NCBI RefSeq assembly: GCF_000315625.1
Contig: NW_005434669.1
Coordinates: 62,001-126,000 of the forward strand
Direction of reading: 5' to 3'
DNA length: 64,000 bases
Origin: Guillardia theta CCMP2712
Taxonomy: Eukaryota > Protista > Cryptophyta
Position 1 is the first letter of the stretch, and each line of letters starts with the position of its first letter. The translations under genes were made by a program, and so were the position numbers. The notes beneath the pieces are model-generated. The model did not search any database, was not told the origin of the DNA, and saw only the letters and a list, made by a program, of their open reading frames with translations. This document shows, piece after piece, positions 1 through 10,177 of the stretch.

Positions 1-897
1 TTCGACGACAACCATCTTCGCATTCTATAGAGGTTTCCAGGTTTTGCTTCATCAAAGATGGGTTTACTCGGCTTAATGCTGTCCAACGGCAAGATCTCCA
101 TGGCCGATGCTTTCGAGGCTGGAGGTAGAGGGTTGGAATATGCAGGGGAGTTATGTGGCTCAATGTTTGAAGGTATGGTGCTGCTGCTAACGATGTGGTC
201 ACGGATGCTTCTGCTATGCCGTGACTTTGTGGCTCTATCGGGCTCCTTGATGTGCTGCCTTGTTGTGCTACGGACGCTGTTCGCTCTTGGTGTGTGGCGA
301 AGGAGGAGAAAACAAATTGCTGCAGGGTGTGGAGCGTAGGAGAATATGAGGAGGTAATCCGCCTCCTTTGAGGGGTCCGTGATGTTTACTACAAAATTCC
401 TGACACTCGTGATTTTAGAAACCTGGCGTGAGTGAAGGAGGTCATCTCGATATTTCATAAATATGAGCTATAGCAAAGATTAGTTATTCCATAAACAGAT
501 ACGCCATGTATCGATAGAATAAGTCAGCAAGCTCACATGTTCCTTTTCCTTGTAAGCATCGCACTGTCAGCATATCACAATGAAACCGAAAAAGTATGTT
601 TTCGTGAGCATAAGTCTTGATGACAACGACAATCTGAGCCGGACGAAACGATGAGATAATTTGGAGTACCCCAGAGGCTCCGGAAACATGAAGGAAGGGG
701 GTTGCCATATATCACCTTCATCAGTCCCGAGGAATTAGACTTCCCTCATGTGTTCAGTGTTGCAGATAATACAAGGAACAGTAGTAAAATCATCACGAGG
801 ATGGCAACAGTCATCACTTACATACCCACGTGTGTTTGATGACAATGATGACATCATCAAGACCAAAAATATTTATTTTCATTAGTCTTGTCGCCAT
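1..897 (-). CDS. Hypothetical multi-exon protein, 3' part outside window
   Basis: Minus-strand frame open from the ...cacgccag acceptor (~424) to position 1 (VSKITSVRNFVV...IFDEAKPGNLYRMRR). Small upstream exons with GT-AG borders; possible ATG near 897. No recognisable domain. Confidence 0.35.
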
Positions 898-973
898 TCA
901 ATTTTGCTTCCGATATGAAATCTCTCATGTTCGTGTCTAACTGTGTCAGCATGCTTTTGCGAACCAGTCCACA

Positions 974-1011
974 AAAGTTTGAAAGTTTCTCCCCCCGAAC
1001 TTTCAAACTTT
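974..1011. promoter_or_regulatory. Perfect 14-bp inverted repeat in a divergent intergenic region
   Basis: AAAGTTTGAAAGTT (974-987) / AACTTTCAAACTTT (998-1011), 10-nt loop. Regulatory role is inferred from position only. Confidence 0.5.
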
Positions 1012-1163
1012 AAAGTTTCTAGCAAGGCCTGTTGCCAGGCTACAAATTTCTGTGGGATATCTAGCTAGGAGGGCAGGAGGGAGCGAGGAGGGAAAGAGGA
1101 GGCAGAGGAGAGAATGTTGCAGAATCGAATGATGCGCTTATCACTGGATGGATCGAACGGAGC

Positions 1164-2613
1164 ATGGCTAGGCTGGAGATGGACAAAGGAAGGTCGAACG
1201 CGAAGTACATATTCGTGTTGCTCCTACTTTTCTTGACGCCAACGGGTGCAGCATGGAGGAATGGTGGACCGCGAGGCCTTCCCTCCCTTGTTGCCATGAC
1301 GATCATGGCAAGTAACCTGACAAGGTGAGGATGGTGGACAGAAAAGTTTGCTCATGACTTCTCCCTGCAGAGTTTCATACAGTAGCAGCGTCAGATCCGT
1401 CCAGGAAAGGTTCGTTGTGTACCCGTCTGGTCAAGAAAACCTCTGAGAGCAATTGATGAAGGTTGAAGCAGGCGGACGTGTTCTGCTTTGACGTTGACAG
1501 TACGCTCATCACCACGGAGAGTATCGTAGAGCTAGCGAAGTGCAAGAGGGTGCACCAGGAGGTTTCGCAGCTGACAAGGAGCGCTATGAATGGCGAGCTT
1601 TCGTTTCATGAGGCGCTTTCACGGAGGTTGAAGATCATGAAACCTTCCCGGCAAGATGTGAGCCAGTCGATGCATGATGTGATGTCATGTGAAATGTTGT
1701 GATGTTGCCGTGTCTCTGACAGGTAGCCGACTTAATAGCGGGGGACAGTATCAAACTCACTCCTAATGTAGAGCCACTCTTTCATTCGTTGAGGCAGAGG
1801 TCCCTGCCTCCTCTGCCTTAGCTCTTCTGACGCAGCTCAGGAACAAGAGCATCTGCATCCTCAGCGGAGGCTTCTGGGAGCTAATAGACCCGCTCGCTCG
1901 TCAGCTGCAGCTGAGCAGGGAGCAAGTCTACTGTAACTCGCTCCTCTTCGACGATGCCGGCGCATACGCTGGTTTCGATCCACAGGTGCTTGTTTTTAAG
2001 AGACAGAAGAGGAGTGGATGGAGGAGTTGGGGGGGGGGGGGGGGGGGGGGGGGGGGAAGGAGGGAGCGAGGGGGGAGCGAGGGGGGGGGAGGAGGAGGGG
2101 TTGAAAGGAGGAGGACGCTAAGAGGCAGCAGGCATGGACTGCCACTCAAGGAGGGAAGAAACGAGCAGTGGAGCATATCCGGGAGTTGACAAACAGCAAG
2201 ACCATCGTGATGGTGGGGGATGGCGCGACAGACTTGGAAGCTCGAGACGTCGGTGACGGCAAGGTTGCTTCCTCCTCCCCCAGCCACCCACCCAGCCACC
2301 CAACCCCACCCCATACACACCACCCACGCACACCACCGCCCACTTGCCCTACTCCTCTCTCTCCTATGACTCCCCCACGTTCCCTTCCCTCCTCTCCCTC
2401 CCTCTCGTTATCTCCCTTGATGTATCCGCTCATCACATGCATGAGCAGGGTGGAGCAGACCTCTTTGTGGGATACGGAGGAGTGGAGGTTCGAAAGAGGT
2501 TTCTGTCCTCCTCTGCTTGCACTTTTTGAAAGTTTCTGCTCAGAATACAAGAGGAGGCTGATTGGTACATCTACGACTTCCAGGAACTGGTGGAAGCGAT
2601 AGAGGGAAGTTGA
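1164..2613 (+). CDS. PSPH: Phosphoserine phosphatase (HAD family) with N-terminal signal/transit-like leader
   Basis: Spliced product has HAD motif I FDVDSTL, T-x-x-AMNG..F..AL..RL, ILSGGF, GGK, MVGDGATDLEA, FVGYGG and ADWYIYDFQEL. Seven exons; stop TGA at 2611-2613. Confidence 0.92.
2029..2056. repeat. Poly-G tract (~28 nt) in a PSPH intron
   Basis: Directly visible homopolymer followed by a G-rich purine tract. Confidence 0.95.
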
Positions 2614-2652
2614 AGGAGACAAGTCGTGGAAGAGAAGTATGACCAACTCCTT

Positions 2653-4060
2653 TCACTTGGACGCAGTAAACTGCTTCTGTCTCTGTCTTCTGTCGCCGTT
2701 CTTGCTCTTTTTCTCATCTTTCTGCTGCCATCGCTCCATATTATCCAGAACGACACTTGCATTCGCACCCATCTCTTTGAGCTTTTTCTGCAAGACATCC
2801 AGTCATCATCTTTCCGCACATTCCCTGAATGACCTGAAGATGCACAGTCCGGTAAAAACTCTTCTTGGCTATTCTTCTTCCATACAATCTTGACCGTAAC
2901 TGCTCAACATTTCAGCTCTTCTTCCAGAAAATGTCCCAACACATCCTTGAACCTTCACATCACATCACATCACATCACATCACATCACATCACATCACAT
3001 CACATCACATCACATCACATCACATCACATCACATCACATCACATCACATCACTCATTCTCCAGTTTTGTCGTCCACTTACCTCTAGCAAGGACTGCAAG
3101 CAGGTTTTGGTCTTCTTATCTTCTGTGCACTTCAACAATCCGTTCTCCACGGCTCCCGCAACTTTTGCTGTGAGAGTTTCTCAGCCGCCTCTCAAGCTCC
3201 TTCTGCTCTCACCCTTCCTAATGGCCTGCCTAGCAAAGTCTCTCCATCTCCCCGGGGGGCCGATGACCATTGCCACCGCCCACTGCGGCATGCTGGAATG
3301 AGGACAAGGAGAAAGCAGAGAGCGAGAGAGTCTCACGTCGCAAGCCTTGCGCTTGACGGCGATGTTAGTAGGAAAGGTTTCGAGCGACTTCACGAGGAAT
3401 TTGATGCCTCCGTTCTTGAGCAGCTTCGCGGGATCAAACGCATGAGACAACAGAGACAAAGCAAACCTCGATCTTTTTTTCGCTTGCCTGTAGATCATGT
3501 CACCCGACGCACTAACAATCATCTTGTGTTCACCTCCTCATTTCTGCAGTGAGAGAAATGCTCGAGGGCTTCAAGAACGGTCTCAACGACTGTCTCATTG
3601 TCTTGAAACAACTTTCCAAGCTGGACCAGCTGTTCCATTACCTGACACATGAGCTCACTACCCCTCCTGCTGGATTCGCTTCAGCTTGTCTACCCCCATC
3701 TTCACCATCTTCCATCGGAGCCGTGGACATGAAAGTGAAACTCCGACCAACATCCTAGGAGATGGATTAGCTTCCTACTGGAGACAACCTTCTGCTAGCT
3801 TCTTTGACCCTTCCTCCCTCCTCCCACTCCCTCAGCTTCCGCCCACAACTCACTTGCACCCTCCCATCGAAAGTTTCTTGTTTGCCTGCGAACAAGTCGA
3901 TCACGGCCCCTCTGCCTGACTTCCAGGGATCCACTCACCTTTCGCGGCCCTGCGCCCTTCATCGTCCCTCGGTTCCCAAAGGGATTGGTCCCTTTGGGTT
4001 TACGAAGCACGTGCCTTCCTCCTCCTGCAACCCAGTGAATCATCGGGGATAAAGACATAA
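2653..4060 (-). CDS. Hypothetical helical/armadillo-like repeat protein
   Basis: Spliced exons include LLKNGGIKFLVKSLETFPTNIAVKRKACD, AKVAGAVENGLLKCTED and a last exon KKLKEMGANASVVLDNMERWQQK...FTASK*. Stop at 2653-2655; start uncertain. Confidence 0.5.
2956..3050. repeat. (CACAT)19 microsatellite, intronic
   Basis: Perfect pentanucleotide array. Confidence 0.97.
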
Positions 4061-4499
4061 GGAGCAGGAGCACCGATCAGCCCGAGGTAGACGACTGACT
4101 TCACTCCACCGAGCTGGAGGAGTCTGCAGAGGAGGCAATGGTCAAGGTCGCAAGGGAGAGGTAGAGCGAAAAAAGGACCGTCGCTGCAGCTGAGGGGCGG
4201 AGCACTTGTGCCCGAAGTATGTCATGAGGTCGGCAAGTTCTTGCTCTTGAGCTTTCGACGCTCTGAATCTCAGATGTTAGAGATTGAAAGTGGTTGCGAG
4301 CGTGTGACATCATAATAGAAGCTTTGGGCAGGATTAGTAGGAGCGGGAGCGGGAGCGGGAGCGGGAGCAGCATGACAAGCAGGAGCAGGAACAGAAAGAG
4401 AGGGGAGGGGGGGGGAGTACTTGATTGGGTCAAACACAATCTTGCGAGTCAAATACAAATTCCTGCATCATACTCGTCAGCTAAAAAAATTGAAAACCA

Positions 4500-5647
4500 T
4501 CACATGCTGACTTGTCGAATTCCAGATCATCCCTCCTGTTGTAAGAGTCTCGGTTGCGAAGTGAATACGGAACCTGCAAAAAACGTGTCAATCTCCAAAC
4601 ATGTCAATCTCTTTCGAACACAGGGGCCCTACCGTATGCGCAGTCATATTCTTCCACACATTAGTCCCGTAGACGAGATCCTATTGAAGCATGTCAGAGT
4701 GTGAAGCAAGAGCAGAAATCAGCCAGCCACCTTGTACTTGATGAGTTCATGCTCTACTTTCAAAAGAAGCCTTGAATGCTCCTTGATCTCTTCCGCGGAT
4801 GTGCCGTTTTGCTTCATCTACCAAAGTTACACGTTATCAACAGGAATAATTAACGGAGAAATGTACCGCAAGATTCTCCTCCTTCATCTTGTTTATCAGT
4901 CTGACTCGTTTTCTCACTCCCTGTTCAGCTTCCTTTGCTCTTGTCAAATTTTGTCAGCCCAACACTGCTTGCATCTTGAAACCAAATTACTTCCTGGCAG
5001 CTTGTGCACGTAACTTCATCGCTCGCTTGCTGTTCAGGATAAGAAGTCAACATGATATCAGATAAGATTGGAGATGTACCTTGTCGCAATTCCCCAATTC
5101 AGAACGTGATTTCCCTCTTTCGTCATCTTTCTGACTTCCAATCTCTGCAGGCAAGTGAACAGCAGGAGGTGAAGTGTATTCCACCCACCCCTCCCTTTGG
5201 CGCGCCACCAGCCTGCCAGGGGCTCTTCCTCCTCCTCCTTGGCGTCCTGCCCTTGAGTCTCTCTAGTTTCTCCTGGGAAAAATACTTTCGATTCGACTCC
5301 ATCTCCTTCGCCAGCTTGTTCATCGGATGTCTCGGACGGAATTTTTTCAGCAGCTTCCTTCCTTGCTTTTGGGCTACGTCTGCATTCTGTCCTCCTCGAA
5401 GACGGCTGAGCCTCCAAGGAAACTCGACGAGCGAATATCTCTGTCTACACGTCTCTGCAGTCCCTTGACGCTGAGGGATCAAGCACGTGAACTTAGGAGA
5501 AGGCTCCAACCCAGTCAGGGTCGAGGATCCCGACCAACTGAACCAGTCGCATGCCGACAAGAGCATCGTAACCCATAACATCTTCCTCAGCCATGGTAGG
5601 TGTGGCCATGCTAGCCTCACAAGGGGCATGCTCGCCTTTGGGTTCAA
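4500..5647 (-). CDS. Hypothetical basic protein with hydrophobic leader followed by an RLRGG motif
   Basis: ORF 5123-5647 (..WLRKMLWVTMLLSACDWF..RLSRLRGG..KKFRPRHPMNK) splices into K/R-rich helical exons (KRAMKLRAQAARKAKEAEQGVRKRVRLINK). Both ends approximate. Confidence 0.5.
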
Positions 5648-6418
5648 GGAATCTTCTTCGAGAGCATGAGTGCACGTGCGTTGAGCAGGTCGAAAAGTCC
5701 AGTGATGCTTGCCATCAGGAACCTACCATCCCCAGCTACTCATCGCCATGTCAACATACTACTAACCACCGTTCTTACACTTCAGAGCTTTCCCTGCATA
5801 CGAGAGCGTGGAGGCTATCCGTAATGGCCCTCTCCACGACAGCGCCTAGTTTGGGAGAGGCAGCAGAAGAGGGAGAGGAGAGGAGAGGAGATGAAGGAAG
5901 ATTGCAGGTATTGAAGGGGATAGAATCATACTGAGAGATAACTCATGGTAGAGACAGCAAGTGGCGCCGGAAGGGGAGGGGTCGAGCGAGCGGACATGCT
6001 TTCGGCGGCTTTATGACCGTCGGCCTGCGGTCGCATTGCTTGTGATTTCAGAAAAAATCCTTTAGAGCTCATCAGCCGAAATTAATTCCTTCAGCTAAAA
6101 GAGTAATACCTACCACTTATCAGGCACGGTGTTGCCTGTTCTGCCGTCCCCTCCAACATGACCAGTTGTCCAGAGGAAGGAGGGGCGATAAAAAATGGGA
6201 GGAGGAGAAGGACAAGGGGAAGGGACAAGGACGAGGGGAAGGAAGAGGGAGAGATGGTGGTTGGAATCAGCAGATCACTCAGCTCAGTATGCTAAATTCA
6301 GTTGAATGGTAAGAAAGGGCTGTGCAAGGACAGAAGGATTCATGTGAATTTACTGAAACACGATATCATGTCTTGCTCTTATGATCACTGAAATAAGTCT
6401 GGCAGTTCCGGGGGCGCC

Positions 6419-7244
6419 ATGGACGAGTTGGATAGAATGAGTACAACTGACATGAAAGAAGAGATCCTCCAGCTTCGCCTCGACAAGAAGGTTTGGGTGA
6501 GATGATGGCAGCGCTGTAAACTCATACACCATGTTAGAACCTTGTACATGCCCTTACGGCGAAGCAAGAAGAAATCGAAAACGTAAGAATGTTACGTAGA
6601 ATGAATGCGAGGTTGAGTTGCACATTTAGATGAAGAGGTCAAGAACAGCGATCATCGAAGCAAGAGAGCAGAACATAAAGAGTCAGATCCACGTAGCCAT
6701 GCAGAACAATGAGAAGGTAAGACGCTTCCGGGCGTGGTTTGCAGCTGAAACTTCGACTGTCAGCTTGAAAAGGATTACGAGAAGTTGAATCTTCACGCGA
6801 AGCAGTTGACAGCGGCAGTGCAGAAGGTTATTGCCCTTCGTTCATCCTCCTAATTTCTCCCCCTAATCCCCCCTCCAAACCCTTCTACCCATCCTTCCCA
6901 TCATCCTCATATCATCCTTCTTCCTCCTAAACTCCGACAAAGGTTGTTCAAGAAAGAAAGCTTCTTGAGACGCAAATTCTCGGTAAGAAAATTGTTTGTT
7001 ACAAATTACGCGGAGTTTCTGTTCGGAAAAACGTGACAAGAGGGATTCCACAGCTTTGGAGAGTGCAAACAAGAAAAATACGCAGAGCTCAGAACATCAT
7101 ACAACTACATTGCAGACCGATATGAATGTGAGAGTCCATGAATTCAGTGGAGGTCGATGTTTGAATTTAACAAGCGCAATTCAGATCAACGAGGCCAGGC
7201 AAGAAAACGACACACCACTCAGCATATGCGACACCATGTGTTGA
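6419..7244 (+). CDS. Small coiled-coil hypothetical protein
   Basis: Six exons joined by clean short GT-AG introns: MDELDRMSTTDMKEEILQLRLDKK/NLVHALTAKQEEIEN/MKRSR..NNEK/LEKDYEKLNLHAKQL... Start may lie further upstream. Confidence 0.6.
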
Positions 7245-7356
7245 GTGTTTAGCTGCGCATGTACAATATTACAAGACTATTTTGAAATCCAGGATCTGCC
7301 CATGATTGTACTATAATCAGTACATCCGATACCTGCTGACGCTTCTCTCACTTTTT

Positions 7357-7734
7357 TTAACGTCGCTGTCGCTGCGGTCTGTGTTGACGAGCCCTGATCT
7401 GTCGCACGTATCTGTGCTCAACCTGGGCAAGCATCCTCCTCAAGAGAAATGCGAGAACGAGGATGACGAGGCAAGTGTAGATGAGGAGAAACATCCACCA
7501 GGGTGGAGCCATGGGATGTCGATTCTTGTGTGGGGAGCTGAAGATCGCGAAAATTTCTCTAAAAATCTGAAGAGCATGTCCTGTCGGATCCCTTGCAACT
7601 TGTCCCAACGGTCCCTCGTGCCAGTGCTCATACTCGCTCGCTGGGATCCACTTGCCATCCTTTGACCACCTGCCAGCTTGAGCAAGAGGGAAAGCCAAAC
7701 AGCACAGCAGAGTAAGTGCTCGACTCGCTTTCAT
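7357..7734 (-). CDS. Small single-pass membrane protein (signal peptide + one TM helix + basic tail)
   Basis: Intronless 125-aa ORF: signal MKASRALTLLCCLAFPLAQA, TM WWMFLLIYTCLVILVLAFLL, Arg-rich C-terminus (positive-inside). Confidence 0.65.
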   Translation of the reverse strand: MKASRALTLLCCLAFPLAQAGRWSKDGKWIPASEYEHWHEGPLGQVARDPTGHALQIFREIFAIFSSPHKNRHPMAPPWWMFLLIYTCLVILVLAFLLRRMLAQVEHRYVRQIRARQHRPQRQRR

Positions 7735-8099
7735 GCTCGACCTTGATTCTTTGGCATTCCTTGATAGCGATCCTGGTGAGTCAAGAATGTTTCAGCAAAC
7801 TTTTGGATCATCTCAGAATGTTGTTTCCATATGCAGTTTCAATAATATACACTATGTCATTCCACATGATGAGGACCGGGGGCACCTCATGAAGGCTCAT
7901 CATTGCATCGTTAAAAGAACCTGGAATCTTGTTATTCGTCTACAAGGCTCAACTTCATGGCTCATCAATATCACTACCTATGATACCATACAGTGTTGTC
8001 AACCATCTCTGCTACTACTGCTCTACTGACTCTGACAGCTCTCTCTCTATGTGTTGAAGCTGCCAGGCTGTTTTTGTGGGTGGCAACGGCTAGTCAAAG

Positions 8100-8560
8100 C
8101 TTGAAAGATTTTTGAATTGCCGGCCGCCGCCACAGTCACGGTGATGGCGGTGAGTTTTTCAGTTACAGTTTCAGTTTCAAAACCGATCGGACTCGGAGTC
8201 ACTGGGCCGTGGCCACTGCAACTGAGGCGGAGCAGCGGCCGCACAGCCGGGGCCCCGGGGCCGGCTGACTGAGTCAGTGACTCACGACCCACGGTCTCAG
8301 TGCCGCGCTCGCCCGATCACCGGAGTGAGTCATCAGCCACTGGGCCAGCCAGGCTGTGACTTTTTACTCAAAGTTAACTATGACTGACACTGTGAGCCTC
8401 GGAGCCTGGAGAACGGTCGGTCCGAGTCCGTCACTGTACCGGCCGGGCCGCGGGCCGGCGGGCCCGGGGGGGGGGGGGGCCGCGGCCGGGCGGCACCGTC
8501 ACTGCAGGTACGGTCAGATCGGATCATCATTGCGGCGGTGGGCCCGGACCGCCGAGATTT
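8100..8560. repeat. GC/CpG-rich intergenic low-complexity block (GTCACGG, TGAGTCA, CCGGGCC words)
   Basis: Same vocabulary recurs at about 30130-30960, 34430-34970 and 43950-44500. Confidence 0.6.
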
Positions 8561-8607
8561 TTTTGTTTTTTTGCCAGCTGTGTAAAAGGTGTCACGGTGG
8601 AATAAGA

Positions 8608-10177
8608 ATGGCACGTATCCTGCTCGTGTCAACCATAGTCCTCGTCCTCGCGATCGCCGTCCCCTTCCTGGTATCTCCTGCTCTCTCCTGTCTGCTCCCT
8701 CCTCCCTACTCCCTCCTTCCTCCTTCCTCCTCCCCCCTCCCCCCTCCCTCCTCCCTACTCCCTACTCCCTGCCCCCTCCTTTCCCCTCAACTTTCGCTAC
8801 CCCCTCCCCATTCAACGAACATCTTTTCGTTCATTGTAATCAGTATCTCCTTCTCCCTTGCCTGGATAGCTTCGATTGCCCTCCTTTTTTGAAGTTCAAT
8901 TGCTTGTCTTCCTTCGTATCCCCTCCAGCATGTATTGGGGTCTCTTTCTAATCCTGTGCATGAACCTCTGCGCCTGCGTCATGTGACTTGCTGCAACTTG
9001 TGTAAAGAGCTTCGTTGACAAAGTCTTGCCAGACCCCGAAAACTGTGTTCGATGAGAAGAAACTGGCTGAGGTGACTTGTCGAGAGTATTTCCACTATGA
9101 GGATGACTGTGAGTTTTAGATTGCAAGGAAAGCACTGGCCAAAGAGTCTAAGAATGCAACTCGCATCATCAACAACGTCATCGACCTGATGCGAAAAGAG
9201 TATCCGGTTGGCTCCCCATGTGGTGCGGCAACGCTTCTGATCCTCTCTCCAGGACTACATCGAGAAAGGCGACAAATGGCTGTTCAACAATGCAGGAGGA
9301 GCCATGGGCTCCATGACAGTCTTGCACGCCTCCTTCTCCGAGTACGTCATCATCTTCGGATCGGCCATCGGCACTGAGGGGCACACGGGTCCGTTGCTGT
9401 TCCGTTGCTGCCATGCTGTCCTTCATATGACAAACTTTGTTCAGGGAGGTTCTTAGCGGATGACTGGTTTACCATCCTGTACGGCGAGCAGGTTGATTTC
9501 GTGGACTTTCTTTTTGTCTAAACATACTCCTATGTTTCTCCTCCTCTCCTCTCCTCCCCTCCCCTCCCCTCCCCTCCCCTCTCCTCTCCTCTCCTCTCCT
9601 CTCCTCTCCTCTCCTCTCCTCTCCTCTCCTCTCCTCTCCTCTCCTCTCCTCTCCTCTCCTCTCCTCTCCTCCCCTCCCCTCCTCTCACGTGATCGTGTGC
9701 AGTGGGCGTACAAGGCAGGAGCTATCGAGCGCGAAGTCTACAAGCCTGGTGACCAGCACCACCTGCCCTTTGGAGTTGCCAAGGGCTACCGCATGCCTGT
9801 GCTCTCGATTCCTCTTCCTCGACCACGAGACTGAGCTGTACAGCAGGAAGCGTGCTGGGCGCTGGAGTACGCCCGGGGCAACATCTTGAGCATGATGCCG
9901 TTCGGCATCTTTGACACTTTCTCGAGTGAGGGAGAGGGAGAGGGAGAGGAGAGGAGCTGATGGCTGGCAGGCACTCTTGACTTGTGGACCCTGTGGGAGA
10001 CTGTGGAGGTTTCAGGGACTCAGATGATAAGTGAGTCACGATGTGCATCCAGACATTTCAATCATATCGCATGTTACATGTTACAGTGTCTTACTCCATT
10101 AGTGTTTTTCATCATACTTAAACTTGATTTGCATCCTGACATTGTTCACAGAGAACCTTCTCCGCGGAAAGATCTAA
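8608..10177 (+). CDS. ERG2: C-8 sterol isomerase / sigma-1 receptor family
   Basis: Spliced: N-terminal [82 protein letters not shown], ending KNLLRGKI*. Confidence 0.95.
9538..9686. repeat. (CTCCT)n/(CCCCT)n pyrimidine tract in an ERG2 intron
   Basis: Directly visible. Confidence 0.95.

Noticed and set aside
2956-3050. CRISPR-like array or poly-His ORF
   Set aside because: Pure 5-nt microsatellite with no spacers, lying in an intron.
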